This document shows, one piece after another, positions 25,402-38,087 of a DNA stretch of 64,000 nt (position 1 is its first letter; every line of letters begins with the position of its first letter). A program made the position numbers and the translations under genes. The notes under the pieces are model-generated. The model was not told where the DNA came from and searched no databases. It worked only from the letters and a program-made list of their open reading frames with translations. Source of the stretch: Octopus sinensis (Eukaryota). The DNA lies in assembly GCF_006345805.1 (NCBI RefSeq), contig NC_043007.1, positions 62,001 to 126,000 on the forward strand. The letters are read 5' to 3'.

Positions 25402-26702
25402 TGTTTATTTACTCTCTTTGTAATATCTTTAAATATATAAGGAAATTTGAAGTGGAAGGAAATTGATGGTGACGTGTTGGAAACATTTATTCCATAGTAA
25501 AGTTCAAAGAAGGGTCGAATCACTTGGTTTGATTTACAGGTTGTAACATCTAGCGTTTCGGGATTTTGCCCTTTGTCTGTTAGTGAGAAATAAAGAGAAT
25601 CACGTATCGAGTTTTAGGCTTTAACCACGTAAGTGAATGTGAGTGTTTACTTGCGTAACGCTATTCTCATTTCATTCTCTCCTTGAGAATGAGAATAAAT
25701 GAAACGTTAAAAACCACATTCATCATGGCAATTGAACATATCCAACTTTCGTGTGAACTCTCCCGTTATAAACATATTATTCAAGTGATTGCTAACCTAT
25801 TTAAGTGCACCTACGACATCTCGCTGATTTGGAACTAATTTCATACCACACTACAGAGACTTGTGAGGAAAGTAACAAAGTGTATTTTAATTTTACGCCA
25901 TATGTGACACACACCTTCACAATGCATGCAATAAATATATACACACGTATTCTGTATGTGTGTGTGTGTGTGATTGTGTAGCTAACGGTTCTTATTGGTT
26001 TCAGACGCAATCAATAGAAAAATTACCTGATTATAGCTGCGGCGTTCGGTAACATCTTCCTATGACTACCGTTCTAATACATTTCCTTTCCCTTAACGTA
26101 CAAAATAAATATGTGCGCCTTCTTCGACGATGTTTCTGCCACCATTTTTAATTAAATCAGTGACGATATCCAATATTCAATAAGAATATTCTTACACAAG
26201 TATTACAAGCATTTTGGTACAAATACTGCCTTGTATTTATACAGGAATACATTAACGAATGATTGCAAAGACTAACTTCATAAAATATTTATTTCGCTCT
26301 TTTATATATATTTCTTTGTATTTTTTTTTTTCTGATTTATATTTTCTATGATTATCATTGCCTGGAGTTAATTACATTTTTGAAATTAATTTTCAATTCC
26401 ATATACGAATGAATTGATAGAGAAGGTGGCATTTAATTAATTGAATAAATTGTTTATAATCAATAGTTATTTCTGTAAGATTTCAGTCGATTTCTCTGTC
26501 ATTTGGAATGTGATCAACGTTTGTATGCGAGGTTTTATCATTTCCGTGACAAGATTTCTAGGTTCCTGGCCAAATAACCCAGACAATATTTCTTCACAGA
26601 ATTTCTTTTCTCATATAACGCGGTACACATATATACACACGGATCAATACATCAATGGAGACGTATGCATATATATATATATATATATGTATTTATGTAT
26701 AG

Positions 26703-26789
<87 letters not shown>

Positions 26790-26936
26790 CTTTTACCTTA
26801 TTTATTTTTATTTTTTCAATCACTTTCGGAATTACAACAGTTAGTGGTTTGGAGTTCAACTGCTGTTTCTAGTGAGTCAGATATCCTATTTTTTGGGTAT
26901 CTCTTATGTGTTCGAATGTACCCTGTATTCTATTTA

Positions 26937-26999
<63 letters not shown>

Positions 27000-27441
27000 T
27001 ATATGTATGTATGTTTTTAAGTGCTTGTGTGTGTATATATGTGAATATATATGGTGTGGGTGTATATATATATATGTGTGTGTGTGTTTATGTATATTAT
27101 ATATATATATAAATAAACACACACACACAGTTAAAAAGTCCGGTATTCTGTGGAGATAAAGCATTTCAATGAAGTAAATTCACTACAACCACCACCACCA
27201 CCATCTCCAACACTTCTAACAATAACAGCCACAATGGACTTCTAATCATGAACTACTATACTGGGATACACCGAACCGAAAAAAAAATAACTGCTGTGTG
27301 GCAACCTTCACTGCTCTAAAAACTAGCGATATCTTTTTATTAAGTTGATCAGACGTTACAAGAAAAGCATCGTAATCGAATGCCTACTATACGATGAAAG
27401 ACCACAAAATACACAGTTATATATTGTTGTTTTAATGTATA

Positions 27442-27673
27442 CATTTCTTTACTGCCCACAAGGTGCTAAACATAGAGGGGACAAACAAGGACAGACACAC
27501 GGATTAAGTCGATTACATCGACCCCAGTGCGAAACTGGTACTTTATTTATCGACCCCGAAAGGATGAAAGGCAAAGTCGACCTCGGCGGAATTTGAACTC
27601 AGAACGTAACGGCAGACGAAATACGGCTACGCATTTCGCCCGGCGTGCTAACGGTTCTGCCAGCTCGCCGCTT
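27442..27673 (-). mobile_element. SINE family B monomer with 18-bp TSD
   Basis: TSD TTGTTGTTTTAATGTATA at 27424-27441 and 27674-27691. Confidence 0.92.
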
Positions 27674-28159
27674 TTGTTGTTTTAATGTATAATCATAGCA
27701 ACGACAGTCTACCTGAGAACAGGCAATCAACGATTTAACAACATGCGCCATTTTTATCTGTTGTTTATGAAATGCTGGTTTTATTAGGAAGTCACAAACA
27801 TAACCTTACAAAATTGCTGGTGAATATAAAAATACGAAATGTAGTAAAGTATTAAAAATAGTAAAGTTGACATCATAATTTATTTGATAGTTTGTTAGTA
27901 TTAAATTGCATTAAAAACTGCAGTAGCACTTAATTTAGTTTTAAATTGCATTAATAAGAACACTGGTTATCGAACCACTCACCGTAAAGCAATATTATCC
28001 ACTTAAAGCACATTAAATCTAAACAGTCACACGCATGCGCACGTGGACACACACAAATACACTCACACACTTGTGCACAGACTCAAGTACACACACATAG
28101 ATTTGATCCTATGTTTGTATTTAAACGTTTCGTTCATGCGTAATATTGTCACAAATGTA

Positions 28160-28612
28160 AGGTAGTGAGCTGGCAGAAACGTTAGCACGCCGGGCGAGAT
28201 GCTTAGCGGTATTTCGTCTGCCGCTACGTTCTGAGTTCAAATTCCGCCGATGTCGACTTTGCCTTTCATCCTTTAGGGATCGATTAAATAAGTACCAGTT
28301 ACGCACTGGAGTCGATATAATCGACTTAGTCCGTTTGGCTGTCCTTGTTTGTCCCCTCTGTGTTTAGCTCCTTGTGGGTAGTAAAGAAATAGGTATTTCG
28401 TTTGCCGTTACGTTCTGAGTTCAAATTCCGCCGAGGTTGACTGTGCCTTTCATCCTTTCGGGGTTGATAAATTAAGCACCATTTACGCACTGGGGTCGAT
28501 GTAATCCACTTAATACCTTTTACTGATCTTCTTTGTCCCCTCTATGTTTAGCCCCTTGTGAGCAATAAACAAATAAGAAACATTAGCACGCCAGGCGAAA
28601 TGCTTAGCGTAT
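28160..28612 (+). mobile_element. SINE family B multimer (head, two units and the start of a third)
   Basis: Second unit starts at GTATTTCG ~28392; third starts at AGAAACATTAGCACG ~28576. Confidence 0.88.
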
Positions 28613-28786
28613 TTTGGCTGATATACCCTCCAGCCTTCATCAAGTGTTTTGGGGAAATTTCGAACCTGGAGGGTATATCAACCGAAACGTTTTGTTAACA
28701 ACGAACAAGATGAGGACAAATATCCGTCAAATGTAAATAATGTAAATAATGTACATAATTCCTAATGTCTTAAATATAGAACTGTA
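28613..28786. mobile_element. Family E fold-back fragment
   Basis: Minus-strand hammerhead half (28613-28660) joined to a plus-strand copy starting TGGAGGGTATATCAACCGAAACG. Confidence 0.75.
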
Positions 28787-29139
28787 TAATTAAAATCAAA
28801 TTAATTTTAATATATTCTCTGTGTATTTTCAACTTCATTACTTCCGTTTTTTTCATATTGTGAGTTCAGAGACGCCAGTTTTTCCGCGGTTAATAAAATA
28901 AAGCACCTGTCAAAGACAGGTGCCAAAGTAGTCCACCTGCATTTCTATTCATTACAGCTGGTGTTTTGCTAAAATCAAGAATCATTGTTACAACGAAGCT
29001 TGACAGTTTGGGATGTACCCACAAAGCACGAAACCCATAAGACTGCGGTTTTGCGTTCTGTAATATTAGGTTCTGCAATTAAATGACACTATGATCAGCT
29101 TTGCTTGTCATTATTCATAGGTCGATAGGAAGACGACGA

Positions 29140-29340
29140 GTTGGTGAAACTTTTGGTGTGTCGAACAAAATACATAGCGGTATTTCTTCCTGCCCTTTAC
29201 ATTCTGAGATCAAAAGCCGCTGAGGTTTGCATTTCACTTTCTGGATCGATAAATACGAACTGTTGTGCACTGGGGTCGACGTAATCGACTTCCCCTCCCC
29301 TCAAAATTGCAGACTTGAGCTAAGAATTTCAAAGAATTAT
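29140..29340 (+). mobile_element. SINE family B, old diverged copy
   Basis: GCGGTATTTC...TTCTGAGATCAAAAGCCGCTGAGG...CACTGGGGTCGACGTAATCGAC. Confidence 0.6.
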
Positions 29341-29811
29341 TGGAAATACTACTAAGTAATTTAAAACAGTCAAATGTTTATTATGTTGTGAAAAGCGCTG
29401 AACATAACGAAATCACACTCACATACACCAAACAAGAACATAATTAAACATATATTTAATTTAAAAACTAATTTGGTCTCATCATTTAAAATTTGCAATA
29501 AGTTGCTTAAAAATCAGTTAAGACTAAATTTCTGTTTATATTTGTTTTCTTATGGAAAATAAAACAGATAATCTGAAAATAAATGGAAAAAAGTATTTAA
29601 TTACAAAATAAATAAATAAATAAATAATGCGATTCTATCATTTAAAAAAAATAATTGTTCTTATCAAAACAAGATTGTCGACATTACGTTTTCATGCATT
29701 TCTCGGCTGGTTTTTTAGCTGAATAGTAATTTTCAATATATATAGTGTCAAATCATTAGTTTTCTATCAGATTGTCATCCGGTCGTTATGTTTCTGACGA
29801 GAGTGTTTGGT

Positions 29812-30056
29812 TTTGGAGTAAAGATTGTTTGCCAACATAGCATGGCAGTCCTGGTTTAGGACAAATGTTGCTGTTATTTTGTCCAGCTGACATCGTCTCC
29901 AGCTGGCTATACGACACGATCTGTGTCGTTATATTTTCGAACACAAATCGTGTCGTATAGCCAGCTGGAGACTATGTCTTCTGGGGCTAAATTACAGCAA
30001 CATTCATCCTAAACCATGACTGCCATGCTATGTTGGCAAACAACTTTTACTCCAAA
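29812..30056. repeat. Palindromic (fold-back) pair of family H
   Basis: Arms ~29812-29926 and ~29941-30056 are reverse complements. Confidence 0.85.
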
Positions 30057-30277
30057 GTACTGTTGCTGAATAATATCTGTCGTTGTGTTATTAGGGACAG
30101 CTAGGTTACTTAGGGGGGTGGGGGTTCTCGGTATTTAAGGTTACTTGTTGTAGCCCAATGTTAGGAATTTTTCATTTCCAAATGTCTAATATGTTGTGTG
30201 TATATGAAAATAAGAACAAAAGCAAGAACAATGAGACAAGTAGAAATGTAACCAAAATTAAATAATAATGATGATGA

Positions 30278-30505
30278 TTGGCGCGCTTCGAAGAATCAGC
30301 ACACAGCGACCAACTTGGAGTGAAAAAGATTGGTACAAATGTAAAGATAGAACACCAACATAAACTATTATTGCTTGGAACTGCAAGAGTTTCCAGTAGA
30401 GTTCTTGAAGAATTATCACTGAACAAATATCATCTTAGGCTCTTTGCTGTGGGCATCTGACACTTTCCAGCATTACCAGTAAAATAGGCTGAGAACTTTC
30501 GTCAA
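30278..30505 (+). pseudogene. R4/Dong-like LINE 3' end, family 1
   Basis: IGAL...KKIGTNVKIEHQHKLLLLGTARVSSRVLE; flanked by (GAT)n and (AAT)n. Confidence 0.7.
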
Positions 30506-30523
30506 TTAATAATAATAATAATA

Positions 30524-30576
<53 letters not shown>

Positions 30577-30599
30577 AATAATAACAACGACAACAACAA

Positions 30600-30925
30600 G
30601 GTGCCATGGGAATGATAGCAAAAGGGGCTGATTGCTACCTAGCTCAGATACTAGGAAACCCCAAAATGGCAGAAATTCAAAAGATAGTGCTCATGGGAAC
30701 TGCCCATATCCTATGCAAAATACTTTCTATGTAATCTCAAGTTTTAAAACAAACATAATTTTCTTATGGTTTCTTAAACATTCTCTAGAACAACACTAAG
30801 TACAAAACCAAATACATGGCACCCTAGGCATAACACCAACATGAACTTCCAACTTGTCTCTTGAGGTCTCTGGGTGAGACTTGGAACCAACTTGTAGAAA
30901 TGTAAAGCAAAAGTCAAACATAAAA
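30600..30925 (+). pseudogene. R4/Dong-like LINE 3' end, family 2
   Basis: GAMGMIAKGADCYLAQILGNPKMAEIQKIVLMGTAHILCKILSM* plus a 3' UTR ending in (AAT)n. Confidence 0.8.
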
Positions 30926-31483
30926 TAATAATAATAATAATAATATTAATAACAACAACAACAACAAGAATGATAATGTTGAGGATGATTGTGTAAAACT
31001 TTTGGCACAAGATCAGTATTTTTAATGGAAAGGTAATGCCAATACTGCTTATAATCAAAGACCCTAATTTAACGCAACTCAATGCTGCCCTATATCAAGT
31101 TTCATCTGGTGTGACTTCTTTACAAACACATCCGTCTCCGTTGTATTAACGATTCCTGACACCGACACATGACCATCACAGTTCAATTACTTGAATGACA
31201 CTTCAATTAAATATGGTGTCCAGCACATCCATCTGAATGACACTAACGGTTATTTGACGTGATCGTCCATCTTTGGTGTATATTGTAGTAGACAACTTCT
31301 TCAACCTGACGTCAAGTTTTATAGATTATAAAGAACCCATTAACTCCGATTTATATATTAATCACTTCTGTTTTTTTTTTTAATTATATGACGTTAAAAA
31401 CAACAGCAACAACAAAAAGATCTTATTTGTGGTAATTCAGATAACGATGAAATATTGCTTCTGCACACAAACACACGTGTGTG

Positions 31484-31519
<36 letters not shown>

Positions 31520-31603
31520 ATATATATATATATATATATATTATACGCTTGAACAAAATCTTTGAAAAATATTCTAAAAATAATAATAATAATAATAATA
31601 ACA

Positions 31604-31659
<56 letters not shown>

Positions 31660-31713
31660 TAATAATAATAATAATAATAACAATAATAATAACAATAATA
31701 ATAATAATAATAA

Positions 31714-32091
31714 TGCTTTCTAATTGATGTATCAATACCGGCAGATGACAACGTGTCTCTAAAAGAAATGGAGAAACTCTCAAAATACAAAGACCTGGAA
31801 ATAGAGGTAACTAGAATGTGGAATCTGAAAACAGAAACAATTCCTATCATAGTAGGTGCATTAGGCATGATAAAAAAATATTCAGACAAATACATAACAA
31901 AAACACCAGGACTTACAAACACATATAACATACAGAAAATTGCACTACTAGGCACTGCATACATCCTACGCAGAACACTTTCCATACAATAACCATCAGA
32001 GCATCACAACAAATCACAGCACATACCCAAGGCACACAGAGCTGCGCTCGGTAGTGAAGTGAAAGGACGCTATAAAAATAAAACTACTGAA
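31714..32091 (+). pseudogene. R4/Dong-like LINE 3' end (REL endonuclease region), family 3
   Basis: Open frame 31714-31992: CFLIDVSIPADDNVSLKEMEKLSKYKDLEIEVTRMW...IVGALG...QKIALLGTAYILRRTL; (AAT)n on both sides. Confidence 0.9.
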
Positions 32092-32116
32092 TGATAATAA
32101 TAATAACAATAATAAT

Positions 32117-32149
<33 letters not shown>

Positions 32150-32168
32150 AATAATAATAATAATAATG

Positions 32169-32233
<65 letters not shown>

Positions 32234-32470
32234 GATAATAAGTATGTGTAAATACATGAACAAAATAAACCAAAACAAATTACACGAACGTGTATAAACA
32301 CGAGATACAAATATTACAAGCACTCCCCACCACACACTAACTATACATAGACACACATAGAGGTATACGCATGCGCAAATAAAGACACGTACAACGGGAC
32401 AAAATGGCAGAGCGTAAGTATTTCATCTGAAGTTCATAACCTAATAACTCGTGTTTGGAATGGATCCTCT

Positions 32471-33073
32471 GTGCCACAAGTATGGATAAATGGCATTCTT
32501 ATCTCTGTATCCAAGGGTAAGGGCCCGAAAGCACTGTGTGGTAATTCAAGAGGGATAACTCTTCTGGAACATACCGTGTTAGATCGTCTTGTTCAGAATA
32601 TGTGTCCACATGTGATTCCTGAAGAACAGTGTGGTTTCAGACCTGAGCGAGGAGCGATGGACATGATATTTTCCGTGAGGCAGGCTCAAAAGAAATGCTT
32701 AGGGGAACAAATGCCACTAAACCAGCTCTTCGTATATTTAAGTAAGGCATTTGACATGGTAAACAGTGAGGCACTATGGATTGCTTCGTGTAAACTTGGT
32801 TGACCAACATATTTTGTGAGCATTTTAAAGGAAATACACAGAAATATGAAAGCTCAAGTTGTCTTTAATGGTGAGCTATCTCATGAGTGTTCGGTGGACA
32901 ATGGTGTCGAACAGGGAGATAGTCTTGCCCCTACACTTTTCGCTATTTGTTTTGCTGCATTACTTTGGTATGCTTTCAAGGAGTGCAACAGGGGAATCGG
33001 AACCAGATTTCGGACGTCTGATCGTATTTTTAATATGACCCGGTTTAACTGCAAAGCAAAGACTTGGATATAA
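32471..33073 (+). pseudogene. RTE (BovB-like) LINE reverse transcriptase fragment
   Basis: GNSRGITLL, EEQCGFRP, DMIFSVRQ, LSKAFDMVN, GVEQGDSLAPTLF; one in-frame stop. Confidence 0.9.
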
Positions 33074-33120
33074 ACCAAGATGCATATATATATATATGCA
33101 TGTTGGTTTATATGTATGAA

Positions 33121-33254
<134 letters not shown>

Positions 33255-33336
33255 AGTCTGTCTGTCTGTCAATCAGTCTGTATGTCTCTCTGTCAGTCAG
33301 TCTGTCCGTCAGTCAGTCTGTCCGTCAGTCAGCCTG

Positions 33337-33413
<77 letters not shown>

Positions 33414-34591
33414 TTATGCGAGTGTGTGTAGTATGTATTTGTGTGTGTGTGTCTGTGTGTGTTTGTGTACATGTGTCTATGTATGTATCTGTACTTATAA
33501 AGTGATGGAGCGTAGCTTCATGGGCAGTGCTTTGCAATTACGATAACATTATAATGGTTTTGAACCGTTCTTTTTTTTTTAAGTAGAAATTTTCACTTCA
33601 CATATCTCTGCCAGGTCATGAGAGGAAGGTCACAAAAGTGTATACATATATGTGTGTGTCTGTGTGTGTACTTGAAGCCTAAATCAAAACGAGTTGTATC
33701 ATATTTTAAGCACTCATTTTCCTATTAATATATATTCTGTCGGTATTCTGAAACATGCTTTATAAAAATAATCACACACTCACACACACACGCAAAACAC
33801 CACCACTTAATGAACCGTACACACATATATATATACGCAAGACTTTGTGATTACATACCTGTGTTCGCGCACTTTTTCTTCACCTGACCTACGTACACTT
33901 ATTTATATATATTTCGATAAGTACGAACGCCAGCAGAAGTTGTGTAGTAAATTTCTTCAGCCACATTCCCCTTCTGATAATCTCTGAAATAACTTCTGTC
34001 GACGATCTGCGCAAATCTTTTCATTTACTCATTTTTGTTTCATTCTCAGTAACTGAACCTTTGAACATATCGCTTCTCTATATAAGCCTTAGAAAGTAAG
34101 ACAATCATAAAACCGCATCAACGCGTGCACTAGGTAATCGGAAATGATTACAGATGTGTCAAAAAGAAACTGCAATCAAATTAGCAAACCTGTTGTTTTT
34201 AAGAACCTAATTATAAGAACCAAAAGATGAACGGCACTTAATTAACTTTAGAGATAACAGATATAAAAATAAACAAAGCAGCGATGTATCTCAATGTGGA
34301 TTCGGTCATGTTTCTGATGTGGAATTTGCTCTGATGTTGATTTTTAATTAACTTTTCTTATAATTTTTCCTACTTAATAATATATAATCACCAAGACACA
34401 TATATCTTTACCAAAGGAAATGTTCATATAATCAAGTGAAGGTTCATTAAACCTAACAGAACAAAGTGATATGTATATTTAATTTAGGTGTGTATATGAT
34501 GGAATACAAATATGAATGCGAAAATGAGTAAAAATAAGGACACGAAATAAAAATACGTAAATGAAATGAGTAAGTGGAATGTATATATACG

Positions 34592-34634
<43 letters not shown>

Positions 34635-34725
34635 TTACATGTATACATTACATGTACACATGCATATATATATGTATACATATATAATACATATATACAT
34701 ATATATATATATATTATTCTATATA

Positions 34726-34802
<77 letters not shown>

Positions 34803-34809
34803 TATATAA

Positions 34810-35019
34810 AACGATACACGTCGCCCTTTCAAGCGAAGGCAGGCTCATAGGACCGGTTTCTTGGTTTCTGTAGCGTATGTGTTCGTCCCGGCTGGACGGG
34901 AGGCCAGGTGTTTTTTAGGTGTTTTCGCTCAATAAGCACACACAACTCCCGGTCTGGGAATCAAAACCGCAATCCTCCGACGGCGAGTCTGCTGCCCTAA
35001 CCACTGGGCCATTGCACCT

Positions 35020-35023
<4 letters not shown>
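34810..35023 (-). mobile_element. SINE family C head fused to a different body
   Basis: Head 35023-34915 matches family C; the downstream 34905-34810 does not. Confidence 0.7.
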
Positions 35024-35075
<52 letters not shown>

Positions 35076-35130
35076 GCACACACACACACACACACACTCA
35101 TATATATATATATATGTATTTATGTTTGTG

Positions 35131-35162
<32 letters not shown>

Positions 35163-35184
35163 TATATGTATATATATATATAAA

Positions 35185-35388
35185 GTTAATCCAAACAAGA
35201 AAGCACAAAAAACACAACAACGCGAGGACGTGAAACAAATATAGTATTATTGGACGCTCAGGAAAGAAGGAAAGAATGAGGGTTTAACGTTTCGAGCGGA
35301 GCTCTTCGTCGGAAACATAGGAGAAGGAAAGATCCAGAAAAGGGAAGGCAGAGGAAAAGAATCGCCAACGGGTCACACGCAGTCACAT
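35185..35388 (-). mobile_element. Family D short element (hammerhead-bearing)
   Basis: Reverse complement of 62960-63170; begins at a (TA)n array. Confidence 0.8.
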
Positions 35389-35472
35389 TTTGAAAGGCCG
35401 GAAGGAATATATATATATATATAAATATGTAAAGTTTATGAGTGTATAAAAATTATGTTCAAAATTTATGTT

Positions 35473-36127
35473 CATGTTGAAAAGGGCAGCGAAAACTCCA
35501 AACCACATAAAACATTCTTATTAAGATCACTTTGATTGCAAGCGAGGAGGACAAATTGAGGGAATTAAAATGTCAGTTAATGTTATACTCCGAAGTTTCA
35601 CCATTCATGATTAAATAAATAAATAAATAAATAAATTAGTTAATTGATTAATCAAACATCATTGGATCTTCAGTAGAATCGCTGAAGATATATAATTATG
35701 AAACTAGAATACCTAACGAAAGCAGAAAAGAAAACACGTGCGTACTTAGTTTCATCTTTATACCTCAGAAATTCAAATCAAAATGTCCACAATCCATGTG
35801 CAGGGCTGGAATAGAACAGCAGTGAATAAATTCAACAGTGAGTTATCTGACCCAAGAATTAAAATACTCAAATATATAAAATATAAGGGTAAATTTTTTT
35901 GAAATAATGATTTATAGCACTGAAGATCCACAGATGGTTGGTTAAACAATCAATTAATTAATTAATTAATTAATTGATTGATTTATATTATCATCCATGG
36001 TGAAACGTCGGAATAGAGAATTATCTGATATTTTAATTCTCTCAATTTCTCCTCCTCGCTTACAATCAAAGTGCACTAAATAAGAATATGTTTCATGGCT
36101 TAGGGTTTGACTGCCCTTTTTGACATG
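35473..36127. repeat. Long inverted repeat (~205-bp arms, ~245-bp spacer)
   Basis: 35473-35674 versus 35919-36127. Confidence 0.8.
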
Positions 36128-36265
36128 TAAGAAGACCACTTAGTGGCCTTCTCTCCGTGTATAAATTTTTATACACTCATATATATTATAAAAATATTTA
36201 TGTCTAAGACCTTTTCTACACAGGCTAACCACTGGTATAAGTTTATTATTTTAACAATTTTTAAC

Positions 36266-36323
<58 letters not shown>

Positions 36324-36705
36324 TATATATATATAAGGATTTGAGGAAGAGCGAGAAAAAAGAGAAAGAAACAATGAAAAGAGTGAAAACAAATTAAGAA
36401 AGGGTGAAAGAAATGAGAAAAGGAGTGTTAATTGGTGGTGAAGATAATGTGAGGGGAGAATGGGAAAGGAGTGGGGAGGGATAGGATGAGATGAGAAGGT
36501 AAGGAGTGAATAAGTGTAAAATATGTGAGTCGGGGTGATATGATTGAGCTGCATTAAGAAATGGATAGAGAAAATGTATGAGTAGGGTGACGCCAAGTGA
36601 GTAGTTGTTTTAGTAGTAAAATTTAAAGTGGAAGGAAGAATACAAGGCTGTCAAATTTCTATAAACAGACGTATGTGATTATAGGTCAGTGTAATAGGTA
36701 GGAAT

Positions 36706-37876
36706 GTCCGCCGCTATAAAGGCTTTTCAATGCGCCAGAGAAAAATTTGTTTGCTTGTTATCAGTCGTAAGACACTTGTTGTTTTCACCGTTAATGCTTC
36801 TGTATTCATTTCATGTTCTTGTATTTATTTGTTTTTGTTTTTTATATCTGTCCCTTTTGCTGTCCTGGTGTTCGTATGCATTCGATCCTTCTTCCAGGAA
36901 ATCTACGCTTCCAGCTTAGTTTTTCTTGGAGGGCTGGCCGTGATCTAGTAATCTCAAGATTAATCAGCCGAAATTACTACGATGATCCGGTTCTTGACTG
37001 AAGACTGAGGGGTTCGAATGTCCTGTCCATGTATTGTATCGTCTTCTATGAGTATACGTTCTTGTCCATGTTGTATTTGTCTACATACCTTAACATATAT
37101 TCCAGGCGCCCCGTACCCCCTTTATCATTAATGTGAACACATATTCTTAATAATTGGTACGACTCTCTGTTTGTCTCTCTCTCTCTCTCATTTTTACTTT
37201 CTCTCTATTCATCTTCTCTTTCCTCTGATCCTTTGGTCTAGTCTTCCACTACCCTCCTATTTCTTTGTCTCGCTCTGCACTCACAGGTCATTCTTCGACA
37301 CCCATCCCTTCTCCTCTCTGATTCCTTCTTTCTCTCTCTTCTCTCTCTTTGTTGCGTTTTGTCCCCCTTTTCTCTCTCTCTCTTCCTTTGCGTCTCTTTC
37401 TTTTCTTTTCCCTCTTCTCTGTCACGTGACTGTTGCCGAAATTGCCTTTCAGCTCCTGACCCTCGTCGTGTTAACATTTGTTCTTCGTCCGCCGCTATAA
37501 AGGCTTTTTCCAATGCGCCAGAGAAAAAATTTGTTTGCTTGTTATCAGTCGTAAGACACTTGTTGTTTTCACCGTTAATGCTTTGTATTTCATGTTCTGT
37601 ATTCATTATTGTTTTTTGTTTTTTATATCTGTCCCTTTTGCTGTCCTGGTGTTCGTATGCATTCGATCCTTCTTCCAGGAAATCTACGCTTCCAGCTTAG
37701 TTTTTCTTGGAGGGCTGGCCGTGATCTAGTAATCTCAAGATTAATCAGCCGAAATTACTACGATGATCCGGTTCTTGACTGAAGACTGAGGGGTTCGAAT
37801 GTCCTGTCCATGTTTATTGTATCGTCTTCTATGAGTTATACGTTCTTGTCCATGTTGTATTTGTCTACATACTTAA
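36706..37876 (+). mobile_element. 1.5-mer tandem of a ~781-bp unit, ending in (TA)n
   Basis: GTCCGCCGCTATAAAGG at 36706 and 37487; same family as 61786-62866. Confidence 0.9.
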
Positions 37877-37945
37877 TATATATATATATATATATATATA
37901 GATATAATATATATATATATATATATATTCATCTATACACGTATG

Positions 37946-37991
<46 letters not shown>

Positions 37992-38027
37992 TATATATAT
38001 ATAAATACAAATATATATATAATATAC

Positions 38028-38087
<60 letters not shown>

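Noticed and set aside
26440-26640. Protein-like open frames (e.g. FCEEILSGLFGQEPRNL..., minus strand)
   Set aside because: No recognisable motif or convincing splice pair.
36930-36985. Crossed pairings GGCTG/CAGCC and TAGTAAT/ATTACTA suggesting an HDV-like ribozyme
   Set aside because: Only ~16 nt lie between the putative P2 strands, too short for P3, P1' and P4; at most a simple pseudoknot.
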